Positions 35,929 to 43,255 of a DNA stretch of 54,653 bases are shown in pieces. Numbering within the stretch: the first letter of the stretch is position 1; every line of letters starts with the position of its first letter. The position numbers were made by a program, and so were the translations under genes. Origin of the DNA: a virus; IMG/VR virus record IMGVR_UViG_3300029132_000006, positions 1 to 54,653 of that record; one strand, written 5' to 3'. The notes under the pieces are model-generated. The model saw nothing but the letters and a program-made list of their open reading frames with translations, had not been told where the DNA came from and searched no databases.

Positions 35929-36615
35929 TTAAATTGTGTCTGAATTGTTTACAGCGTTTATCTGCTGTTTATCGGTTAATTGTGTATTGTTTTGGCTCAA
36001 TTGCTGGCGTATTTCTGCGGCTGTAAGAGGTGTTTTATTGCTGCTTTCTCTGCTGACGCCTGGAAGATTCCAACCAAAACGACGATTCATGACCGCAAGC
36101 TGTCCGACTGGGTTCTTACCGGACCAGAGCCGAGCCTCTCCACTAGATTCATAATCTTTTGACAGTTTTTGATATAAATTGTTTGCCGATGTACTTAGTT
36201 GTGGCGTTCTGCTCTCATTTCCCCAATTATATACAATATCTTCTCTTATACCAGTTAATTTACAATATCCTGATATAGTACATATTTTATTATACTTATA
36301 ACACATATATATATAATAATCTGCTATATAATTAAGATACTCATAATTATAACTATTACAATTACTATTATTTATATTACTATATTGATTATTATAATTA
36401 TTATTATTATATCCCTGTAATTTACCCTTTAATTTTAACCTATTAGTGCCTTTAAAAGTATTGTTATATACATAAATCAAGGCGGCATAAAAAAGGGATT
36501 GCGGAGCCGCTGCCATATCTTCAACGTTTTCATCTTTGCAAAATCTTTTGAAATACATATCAATTTCATTTTCAAAAATTTCTTGACTTTCTGGTGCTTC
36601 CTGTACTTTCTCCAT
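35929..36615 (-). CDS. terS: Terminase small subunit-like protein with an N/Y-rich low-complexity insertion.
   Basis: Start refined to MEKVQEAP behind AAAGGGGAA. ISGYCKLTGIREDIVYNW and GKNPVGQLAVMNRRFGWNL resemble conserved TerS blocks (recalled from memory). Confidence 0.55.
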   Translation of the reverse strand: MEKVQEAPESQEIFENEIDMYFKRFCKDENVEDMAAAPQSLFYAALIYVYNNTFKGTNRLKLKGKLQGYNNNNYNNQYSNINNSNCNSYNYEYLNYIADYYIYMCYKYNKICTISGYCKLTGIREDIVYNWGNESRTPQLSTSANNLYQKLSKDYESSGEARLWSGKNPVGQLAVMNRRFGWNLPGVSRESSNKTPLTAAEIRQQLSQNNTQLTDKQQINAVNNSDTI

Positions 36616-36832
36616 CTGTTCCCCTTTCTGCTGGAGCTTATCCAGCTTATTGTAATATATACTAATAACATAAAAATAACCCAATAATATTTTTAATATT
36701 ATCGGGTGTAAATCTTATATATTTAATTATTAAAATAATATAGCATAAATATATTATAAAGTCAATTTTAATTTTAAGCTTGACATAATGTAAAAATCTG
36801 TTTATTATGTTAAGCATAAACAGTAACAAAAA

Positions 36833-36912
36833 ATGTATTGAAATATGCTATTTTGTATTTTTAAACAATAACATCGGATGTATTGAAATATACGTTTTTG
36901 TATTTTTTTAAC
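36833..36912. repeat. Two 34-35-nt direct repeats, ATGTATTGAAATAT(N4-5)TTTTGTATTTTT(TT)AAC, at 36833-36866 and 36878-36912.
   Basis: Aligned by eye, about 29/34 identical with a 45-nt period, in the AT-rich region upstream of terS. Confidence 0.7.
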
Positions 36913-36930
36913 CGCAACGCAAGGCGTGCA

Positions 36931-36958
36931 AAAAAGGGGAACTTAACGCTCCCCTTTT
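36931..36958. terminator. Bidirectional terminator (GGGGA/TCCCC flanked by A- and T-runs).
   Basis: AAAAAAGGGGAacttaacgcTCCCCTTTTAATTTT. Confidence 0.6.
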
Positions 36959-36976
36959 AATTTTATCTATTCAATT

Positions 36977-37312
36977 TTAAAACTCTTTCTTGATTATCTC
37001 TAAGGCTTTATTGTAAGCCTGTGCCAAATTTTTGTATCCGTTCTCTGTAGATATAACAACTTTATCCCCAGTATCAAGAACTTCTCCAAAATAATAATCG
37101 CATCCGCCGGATTTCTCCGCCTTTGTTGCTATTTTAAACGTATATCCAATAAATTCCTTGCCGGCGTTCTTTGTTTCCTCCACTGCAAATAAATAACTAT
37201 CATAATCTGCATATTTTCCCACGTTTTCACTCGTAAAGAACTTTTTAAGGCTCTTTAAATCTGTTTTATTTGGTTCTCCGTTCTTGTTTCTTCTAACTGT
37301 TAAATATCTCAT
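36977..37312 (-). CDS. Hypothetical protein.
   Basis: Track ORF. Confidence 0.55.
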   Translation of the reverse strand: MRYLTVRRNKNGEPNKTDLKSLKKFFTSENVGKYADYDSYLFAVEETKNAGKEFIGYTFKIATKAEKSGGCDYYFGEVLDTGDKVVISTENGYKNLAQAYNKALEIIKKEF

Positions 37313-37359
37313 AATTTTTATCCTCCAATTTTAAGGCTATATTAATAAATATATTAATT

Positions 37360-37554
37360 TTACTCTTCTAAGCTTGTATCTTCGTCCTCATAGATGCAGT
37401 TATCAGCATCATCAAAGATACAGTCTTCATATTCTAAAATTTCTGTCCCATCTTCTAATGTGACAATATCACCTGTAGCGTGAACAAATCCGTCTTCGTC
37501 GTTGTACTTATCAAATGGCATTTCTGCCAATCTGGTTCTTTTAATAGCTTTCAT
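37360..37554 (-). CDS. Small, highly acidic hypothetical protein.
   Basis: Track ORF with a D/E-rich C-terminus. Confidence 0.5.
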   Translation of the reverse strand: MKAIKRTRLAEMPFDKYNDEDGFVHATGDIVTLEDGTEILEYEDCIFDDADNCIYEDEDTSLEE

Positions 37555-37653
37555 ATATCCACCTTTTCAGCCTTTCGGCTGCCCTTTCTTTGTTTCTGCC
37601 ATTATAATAAACCATTTATCGTTTATTGTCAACACTTTTTAAACTTTTTTGGT

Positions 37654-37860
37654 TTATTTTTTCTCTACATATTTAATGATGTTTCCCGGTTGCATATCCA
37701 ACAACTCACATAGCTTTTCTATTGTCTTAATTCCCACCATTTCATTTTTGCGTATCTTCTGCACTGCTGATTGGCTGATTAAGTTCTCTTTTAATATGCG
37801 TGTGGAATTATAGCCACTTTCTTTAAGCGTATCAAGCACATCTATTTTATATACAAGCAT
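37654..37860 (-). CDS. XRE-family HTH regulator (Cro-like).
   Basis: LISQSAVQKIRKNEMVGIKTIEKLCELLDMQPGNII is an HTH_26/XRE pattern. Confidence 0.7.
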   Translation of the reverse strand: MLVYKIDVLDTLKESGYNSTRILKENLISQSAVQKIRKNEMVGIKTIEKLCELLDMQPGNIIKYVEKK

Positions 37861-37955
37861 AGCTTTGTACCCTCCTATATTTTTTTCTTACATTATATAA
37901 TTTGTGGCTTATAAAGTCAATTAAAAAATAATCTAAAAAAAGTTTATTTTAGCTA

Positions 37956-37984
37956 TTGACTTTAAACCGTTTTAGGTTTATTAT
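37956..37984 (+). promoter_or_regulatory. Promoter TTGACT-17-TATTAT, divergent from the 37860 HTH gene.
   Basis: Spacing counted by hand. Confidence 0.55.
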
Positions 37985-38099
37985 AATAACTGTCAAGAGG
38001 ACATACAAAAAGGCGGTCACTCCTACCAAGAACGAACCGCCACCAATCAAAAAGAAAGGTAAGCCGATTATATCACAGTCGGCGAAATGGTACAAGGTT

Positions 38100-38369
38100 A
38101 TGAAAAAGATTAATGAATTGGAAATTTTTGGAAAAAGATGGTTTCAGAAGTCGTATGGCAACACATACCACACCACAACAGTTATTGTAAATGGTGAAGA
38201 ATTCAAAAGCAGCATTAAATACGGTTATGGAAACGCTTATTTGCAGACCGCCGCAGACCTTCTCCGCGTGAATGGTTATGAAGTCCCAGAAGATAATGGC
38301 GAGGCTTTCCATACAATGTGCGGATATTCGCACAGCGTAGAAGATGTAGGTAGAAAAAAAGATTTGTAA
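38100..38369 (+). CDS. Hypothetical 89-aa protein (conserved GKRWFQKSYGNTYHT...YGYGNAYLQTA type).
   Basis: Internal ATG chosen because the track start coincides with the promoter -35. The RBS is weak. Confidence 0.5.
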   Translation: MKKINELEIFGKRWFQKSYGNTYHTTTVIVNGEEFKSSIKYGYGNAYLQTAADLLRVNGYEVPEDNGEAFHTMCGYSHSVEDVGRKKDL

Positions 38370-38372
38370 AAT

Positions 38373-38422
38373 CAAGCAGACATAGGCGGTGCGGTTCCGG
38401 GGTTCGATTCCCCGGCTTGCTA
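38373..38422 (+). ncRNA. tRNA-like element 1: canonical T-arm plus a short acceptor-like stem (partial tRNA or minihelix).
   Basis: CCGGGG-TTCGATT-CCCCGG; 5' CAAGC (38373-38377) pairs with GCTTG (38415-38419); followed by CTA. No D or anticodon arm. Confidence 0.45.
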
Positions 38423-38428
38423 AAATAA

Positions 38429-38459
38429 AAGAGAGGAAGTACAATATACTTCCTCTCTT
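38429..38459. terminator. 13-bp perfect hairpin (AAGAGAGGAAGTA / TACTTCCTCTCTT).
   Basis: The A/T-rich run lies on the upstream (plus-strand) side, so the U-tract is better for minus-strand transcripts. Confidence 0.55.
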
Positions 38460-38555
38460 ACCATTCAAAATAGCACTTGTCCTAAAAATATACAACAACA
38501 AATGTCTTTGTTATAATAGCATATAAAATATAAAAAGTAAAGGAGATTTAAAAAG

Positions 38556-39278
38556 ATGGCAGGATATTATAAAAATCAAATGAGTAACAACGCCGTTTGG
38601 GCGTATTCGCAAGGTGAAAAACCTATGTATAAGTGGACTAAAACCACTATTTTAGAAGAGATAGATAACATTTTTTGGCACGCTGATAAAAAAACAGAAA
38701 TGGATTTTAAAAAAATGACATTAAAAGAATTGAAAGAGAATTTTCTGGTGTGGTCTTCCTGGCATCATACAGGAAAAATTTACAATGAAACAGATTTTTA
38801 TTGTATAGAAGAAAATGCAGTATTAAACTTTACGGTTAAAGAATTCGATGAAATTATATCTAACAGAAAAAAGAGAACGTATACAAGAAGAACTGCGGCA
38901 GAGTTAGAACAGATTAAAGCAGAAAAAGAAAAAGATATATTGCTTACCGAGAGAAGCAAAGAAATTTATAGAAAATTATATATAATTTATATATATAAAT
39001 CAGATTTAAAAACCTTTAAGGGTTTAATAAACAGGTTTTTGAATGATAAAATAAATATAGAAAAAGATTTTGCCGAAAGTGTAGAAATCGCAAGGCAAAA
39101 AGAAGAGCACAGAATAAAATGCTGGCAAGGAGATGTAAACGACTGGCACAACAGAGAAGGAATTGTTGATTTGTATTATAAAGACATAAGTACCTATGTC
39201 TTAAAAATGCGAGGAGTGGAAAATTATCAAATTGATAAAAAGCTTTTAAAACAAATAAAAAACAAAATAATGAATTAG
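38556..39278 (+). CDS. Hypothetical protein (N-terminal MSNNAVWAYSQGEKPMYKWTK motif family).
   Basis: Track ORF with AAAGGAG RBS and a TGTTATAAT extended -10 upstream. Confidence 0.65.
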   Translation: MAGYYKNQMSNNAVWAYSQGEKPMYKWTKTTILEEIDNIFWHADKKTEMDFKKMTLKELKENFLVWSSWHHTGKIYNETDFYCIEENAVLNFTVKEFDEIISNRKKRTYTRRTAAELEQIKAEKEKDILLTERSKEIYRKLYIIYIYKSDLKTFKGLINRFLNDKINIEKDFAESVEIARQKEEHRIKCWQGDVNDWHNREGIVDLYYKDISTYVLKMRGVENYQIDKKLLKQIKNKIMN

Positions 39279-39284
39279 CTTTTT

Positions 39285-39311
39285 AAGGGCGTACAATCTG
39301 CGCCCTTTTTG
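39285..39311 (+). terminator. Rho-independent terminator.
   Basis: AAGGGCG-tacaatctg-CGCCCTT followed by TTT. Confidence 0.7.
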
Positions 39312-39351
39312 GCTTGCTCTGGTTTGGCTGGTTCGATTCCAGCCGCAAGCA
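39312..39351 (+). ncRNA. tRNA-like element 2: acceptor stem plus T-arm minihelix.
   Basis: GCTTGC - tctggttt - GGCTGG-TTCGATT-CCAGCC - GCAAGC - A. Two perfect 6-bp stems and a canonical T-loop. Confidence 0.5.
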
Positions 39352-39388
39352 CTAAGCGTATATATTTATATGCTTTTCTTTATGTACC

Positions 39389-39417
39389 TTGAAAAATTAA
39401 TATAACAATGCTATGCT
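39389..39417 (+). promoter_or_regulatory. Possible promoter TTGAAA-17-TATGCT facing the ORF-free region.
   Basis: Pattern match only. Confidence 0.3.
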
Positions 39418-39627
39418 TATATATAAGACTTTGTGCCTTTTTAGGTGTACAAGTGTACCCAGTTGGGGCGGCGTGCGTTCTGTTGAATTCTCCAGAACTG
39501 GCGACAGCTTCCACGACTTGCAAGGGCATATTATCCCCATTTTATGCAACGCTGCCAAAGGCGTTTTAAGGCTGTTTTGTTCTGTAGGCTTATAAGTCTA
39601 CACCGACACAATAAAACCGCCGCACAG

Positions 39628-39942
39628 GTCAAATCACAAAGTCACAAAGTCAAAACAAGCACGAATCGCAGCCGGTCAAGTTTATATAATGCACTTTAAT
39701 CTGTTAAAGTTTTTCATCAATTTTTCAGGGCAAATCCGAACGAAATCGGGAGCAAAAATTAAAATTCTGTGTAACCGATTTTTGGATTTCAAAATTGCAT
39801 ATGACGGGGGTTTCAAAAATTTCACATTATATTTTGTGGGAAAATTTTTTCAATTTTTTAAATAGGATTTGAACGAAATCTGAACCGAATTTTAAAAATT
39901 GTCAAAATCGTTTTTTCTGAATATCAAAGATGTATCCGGGGG
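39628..39942. repeat. Repeat-dense ORF-free DNA: GTCACAAAG-type short tandem repeats (39628-39659) and two 80-nt segments (39731-39810, 39863-39942) sharing ordered blocks.
   Basis: Shared blocks are GAACGAAATC, AAAAATT, CG(A/T)TTTTT, AT(T/A)TCAAA and CGGGGG, in the same order with a 132-nt period. Confidence 0.5.
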
Positions 39943-39956
39943 AGGTATCAAATGCG

Positions 39957-40103
39957 TTACCCCGAAATTTTTTGGCAACATTTTTCTGTATAAATCAATG
40001 CTTTACTTGAATACCGGCATTGACTAAGCTCATATATCAATAATTCTTTTGTCATAGTCGGATTAGTCTTTTGAATTATCTTTAACAACTCATCAATGCT
40101 CAT
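39957..40103 (-). CDS. Hypothetical 48-aa protein, last gene of the cargo operon.
   Basis: The ATG overlaps the upstream stop (TAATG); GGAGAGTGGG lies upstream. Confidence 0.4.
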   Translation of the reverse strand: MSIDELLKIIQKTNPTMTKELLIYELSQCRYSSKALIYTEKCCQKISG

Positions 40104-40423
40104 TATCCCACTCTCCTAACTGCTCCAAGCACCATATCAACAATGTCAAATACTTCATCTCCATAAGTTGCCACAAAATCGCACAATATTTCTTCCTGTT
40201 CGATAGGCAAATACACATCATAGGACATACAGATTGCGTGGCATACTTCGTGTATCAGCACTTTGCGTTGCATAAATCCACGCAAGGCATTTGACAGATA
40301 AATTGTATGCGTATTTCTATCTGTTACGCCTAGCACAAAAACATTGTCTGACCGCTTTAATTCACCCGAATTTGAATTTTTATATTGTACTCGCCACATT
40401 GTACCATTAATGTTAAAAATCAT
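40103..40423 (-). CDS. Small HExxH zinc-metallopeptidase-like protein (SprT/ImmA-like).
   Basis: Start refined behind GAAAGGAG. The motif is KVLIHEVCHAI. Confidence 0.55.
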   Translation of the reverse strand: MIFNINGTMWRVQYKNSNSGELKRSDNVFVLGVTDRNTHTIYLSNALRGFMQRKVLIHEVCHAICMSYDVYLPIEQEEILCDFVATYGDEVFDIVDMVLGAVRRVG

Positions 40424-40482
40424 CTGTATGCTCCTTTCTGAATGAAATAGGCTATGAATATTGCTACCCATAGCCCTTAAAA

Positions 40483-41097
40483 TCATATCTTAGATACAAG
40501 AGTACTTAACTTTGTTCTAAGCAAGTTCTTCTCTTCTGCCGACATATCAGCTACCATACCTGTAATATCGCTTGCAAGTTCCTTGGTGTAGCTGTCAAGC
40601 GACTTCATCTTGTGTTCCTTATCTTCTGGTGTATTAGCCTTGTGCATTTCCTTAGTTTCTGTGTAGTTTCTCTTTGCTCTGTCGTAATTACTTTCAGACA
40701 TTGGCTCTGTATAGTACATCTTGCCATAATCTCTATCCATATCCCTCATATGCTCTGCTTCTGGGTACATATGGTAATATGGCGGCTCTTCATATCCTCT
40801 GCGGTATGTTCCTTTGCCTTTTGGGGCAAATCTGCCATTTGCATAGCGGTAGTGGTCATAGTATCTTCTGTCCGGATAATCTTCGTACTGTTCAAGCATA
40901 CGCATAATATCCTCATTATCTTCTGACTTTTCCATAGCTTCAACAATTCTGTAATCCTTGTCAAAGCAAGCTATGTTCTTCGCTATTTCTGTAAAGTCCT
41001 TTAAATCGTCAAGGTTCTGCCCCTCAAAGCTATCTAATCCGATTGCTTCAACTTTTGCCTTGACACATTCCATAATCTGTTTAGCCCATTTGTGCAT
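40483..41097 (-). CDS. Tyr/Asp/Arg/Glu-rich hypothetical protein.
   Basis: Central segment YEDYPDRRYYDHYRYANGRF...YRRGYEEPPYYHMYPEAEHMRDMDRDYGKMYY. Confidence 0.55.
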   Translation of the reverse strand: MHKWAKQIMECVKAKVEAIGLDSFEGQNLDDLKDFTEIAKNIACFDKDYRIVEAMEKSEDNEDIMRMLEQYEDYPDRRYYDHYRYANGRFAPKGKGTYRRGYEEPPYYHMYPEAEHMRDMDRDYGKMYYTEPMSESNYDRAKRNYTETKEMHKANTPEDKEHKMKSLDSYTKELASDITGMVADMSAEEKNLLRTKLSTLVSKI

Positions 41098-41101
41098 AAT
41101 A

Positions 41102-41521
41102 TCAAGCCTCCCTTACTGCAATCAAATTACTGTTCTGTACTTCAATAGCCTGTGTAGATGTATTCTGTACCGCTACTGTACTGCAACAGCCACAAGGTAC
41201 ATCAACGTATGCCTGTGAACTAATATTCTGTAAATTTTGTGCTGCGGCTGGTGTTACAATCATTCGTGTTGACTGTAAAGGCTCTCCGTCTACTGCAATG
41301 GCAAGTGAAATAGCTCCAACTGTACCACCTGTCGGAATCTGAATGTTGCCGGAATACGATACCAAAAATCTAGCCTTGCACTGATTTGTGATACCTCTTA
41401 GCTTGATAATTCCGCTTCCCTGTCTGTGTACTATACATTTGCTACCGCATACCGGTGTTTCTGTAAATGCAACATCTTCTCCGGCGGCAACTGTTTGTAA
41501 TGCAATTCCTGTTATTTCCAT
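41102..41521 (-). CDS. All-beta protein, possibly a BclA-C-terminal/C1q-like jelly roll.
   Basis: Start refined to MEITGIALQ behind AGAGAGGT. The pattern of alternating hydrophobic residues and the VPCGCC motif resemble exosporium C1q-like domains. This is recalled from memory and is weak. Confidence 0.35.
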   Translation of the reverse strand: MEITGIALQTVAAGEDVAFTETPVCGSKCIVHRQGSGIIKLRGITNQCKARFLVSYSGNIQIPTGGTVGAISLAIAVDGEPLQSTRMIVTPAAAQNLQNISSQAYVDVPCGCCSTVAVQNTSTQAIEVQNSNLIAVREA

Positions 41522-41550
41522 TATCTTTACCTCTCTTTCAAAAAAATAAG

Positions 41551-41582
41551 GGCAAACATTATAGTCTGCCCTTTGATTATAA
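41551..41582 (-). terminator. Internal attenuator/terminator of the cargo operon.
   Basis: AAGGGCA/TGCCCTT stem followed by TATTTTTTT on the minus strand. Confidence 0.55.
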
Positions 41583-41643
41583 GTAATACTGCTTAGCAGA
41601 CATAATCGAGTTAAACTCAATTAAGATACTCAATTATTCAGTT

Positions 41644-42414
41644 TTAGCAGCCGCATCCTGTATTGCAACCACATCCATAAACATAAGCATTAGGATTAGG
41701 CACAACATAAGCTGGAATAGCCGTAGGATTTACAGAGTTGATAATCTGCTGTGTCTGAGCTGCCATCTGAGTTGTAAGAAGTGCGTTCTGTCTATCCTGT
41801 GATGCGGCTCTGCGTAAATCGTTGTTCTCTGCTGTAAGTGTTGCTATCTTATCATTTGTTAAGAAATCAAGGATAGCTCTCGTTCCTGCCTGCTGGCTGT
41901 CGATAATATCTCTTGTGTTGTTGCACATTGTGTTCTGTAAAGCACAAGTGTTAGTTGCCATGTTGTAGTTTACGCCTTGAATAGCTTCTCTTGTCTCACA
42001 GCAACAGTTAGCAAGCTGTGCCTGTAATGCGTTTGTATTCTGCATATTAGCGACTGTATCAGCGTTAATAGCTTGCTGGATACCGAATCCGGTCTGCATG
42101 ATATTTGTGTTAATACCATTGAAACCTGTGAGCATACTATTGTTCATAGCATAGAAGCCGTCACAAAGTCCGTTAGAAATGCCATCTAACTTGCTGATAA
42201 CTGCCTGATTGTCAAAACCTCTTTGTATAGCTGAATCAGTGTAGCCTGCGCCGTTGCCATTTCCACCGAAACCGCCCCAGCCGTTATTGCCCCAGCCAAA
42301 GATTAAGAGAATTACAATCCACCATGCACCATCGCCCCACATACCATCGTTATTACGATTATTGCCTGTTACTGCGGCAATATCTGCGAGACTAACTCCG
42401 TTTGAATTAAACAT
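41644..42414 (-). CDS. Membrane protein with a G/N/W-rich segment, an N/Q-rich helical region, a CCCE motif and a C-terminal GCGCNTGCGC tail.
   Basis: Start refined to MFNSNGVS, 7 nt after GGAGGT. TM helix AWWIVILLIFGWG is followed by NNGWGGFGGNGNG. Confidence 0.6.
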   Translation of the reverse strand: MFNSNGVSLADIAAVTGNNRNNDGMWGDGAWWIVILLIFGWGNNGWGGFGGNGNGAGYTDSAIQRGFDNQAVISKLDGISNGLCDGFYAMNNSMLTGFNGINTNIMQTGFGIQQAINADTVANMQNTNALQAQLANCCCETREAIQGVNYNMATNTCALQNTMCNNTRDIIDSQQAGTRAILDFLTNDKIATLTAENNDLRRAASQDRQNALLTTQMAAQTQQIINSVNPTAIPAYVVPNPNAYVYGCGCNTGCGC

Positions 42415-42485
42415 CTTGTTTACCTCCATTTATTTTATTAACAAATGGGATAACCGGTCATTATGTGCGCACAACCCAAAATGTC

Positions 42486-42713
42486 CTAATTCATCATACC
42501 CTTAATATCATTAAGGTTTATTCCTTGTGTATTCATAAAATTACTTAAAATTTGCTCTGCGCCTTGCGTGTTTCCACTGTTTATCTGATTAAGCAAGTTT
42601 TTTGCCATAGGATTTCCACGCTGTGCCGACTGTTGTAAACAATTCATTGCCATTTGCTGTGGATTCCGAATTGACTTAAGTTGATTTATAGTTTGAATTA
42701 ACTGCTGATTCAT
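42486..42713 (-). CDS. Q/N-rich 75-aa protein.
   Basis: Track ORF with an ATGA overlap to the upstream gene. Confidence 0.55.
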   Translation of the reverse strand: MNQQLIQTINQLKSIRNPQQMAMNCLQQSAQRGNPMAKNLLNQINSGNTQGAEQILSNFMNTQGINLNDIKGMMN

Positions 42714-43255
42714 TCTTCATCACCGCCCTTACTTTGAGTTCTTGATGTTTTTCTCTGTGTTCCTAAAGATTTATCAAATCTATTTTCCAACTGCCCTATT
42801 TTCTCCGATAATTCCTCAAACTTATTCAGAAATAGCTGTGTGCTTTCGTCTGATAGGGTAAATTTAGCGTTTTCTGTATTAGCCATAGAATTTACTGTCT
42901 GATTATCTTTAGGGGCTGTATAAGGCTTATACACAACTGTCTTAATTGTTCCGTCAGCATTCCAACCCTTAACATAAATTTCCGACATATCCTGCTTAGG
43001 GAAAAATGCCATTGAGCCATCCATAGGCACTTCATTTGCATTAATATTTTCAACTGTCTGTACTATTCTTCCGTTAATGCCTGCTATCTGTTGTGGCATA
43101 ACCTGTTGATTTGCTAAGGACATTTGTGTCCCTGCCACTGGCTGCTGTAAGCTCTGCTGATAATTTTGTAAAAAGTTCATTCTATCCATATATGGATTTT
43201 GAGATTGCATATAAGAATTATTCATCATAGGCATTGCTTGATAAGGATTGTTCAT
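42710..43255 (-). CDS. Protein with a prion-like Q/N/M/P-rich N-terminus and a globular C-terminal half.
   Basis: MNNPYQAMPMMNNSYMQSQNPYMDRMNFLQNYQQSLQQ... followed by INGRIVQTVENINANEVPMDGSMAFFP...IYVKGWNADGT. Confidence 0.6.
   Translation of the reverse strand: MNNPYQAMPMMNNSYMQSQNPYMDRMNFLQNYQQSLQQPVAGTQMSLANQQVMPQQIAGINGRIVQTVENINANEVPMDGSMAFFPKQDMSEIYVKGWNADGTIKTVVYKPYTAPKDNQTVNSMANTENAKFTLSDESTQLFLNKFEELSEKIGQLENRFDKSLGTQRKTSRTQSKGGDEE

Noticed and set aside
38073-38501. Minus-strand 142-aa ORF.
   Set aside because: It is antisense to the better-supported plus-strand gene 38100..38369 and runs through tRNA-like element 1 and the 13-bp hairpin.
35732-39470. Shared 10-mer AGTTGGGGCG (35732-35741 and 39461-39470) as possible boundaries of the accessory island.
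   Set aside because: Exact 10-mer repeats are expected many times by chance in 54 kb, and the flanking sequence does not align.
39413-39595. Plus-strand 60-aa ORF in the ORF-free region.
   Set aside because: It has no RBS, starts inside the putative -10 box, and has an odd C/R/G-rich product. The region looks non-coding.
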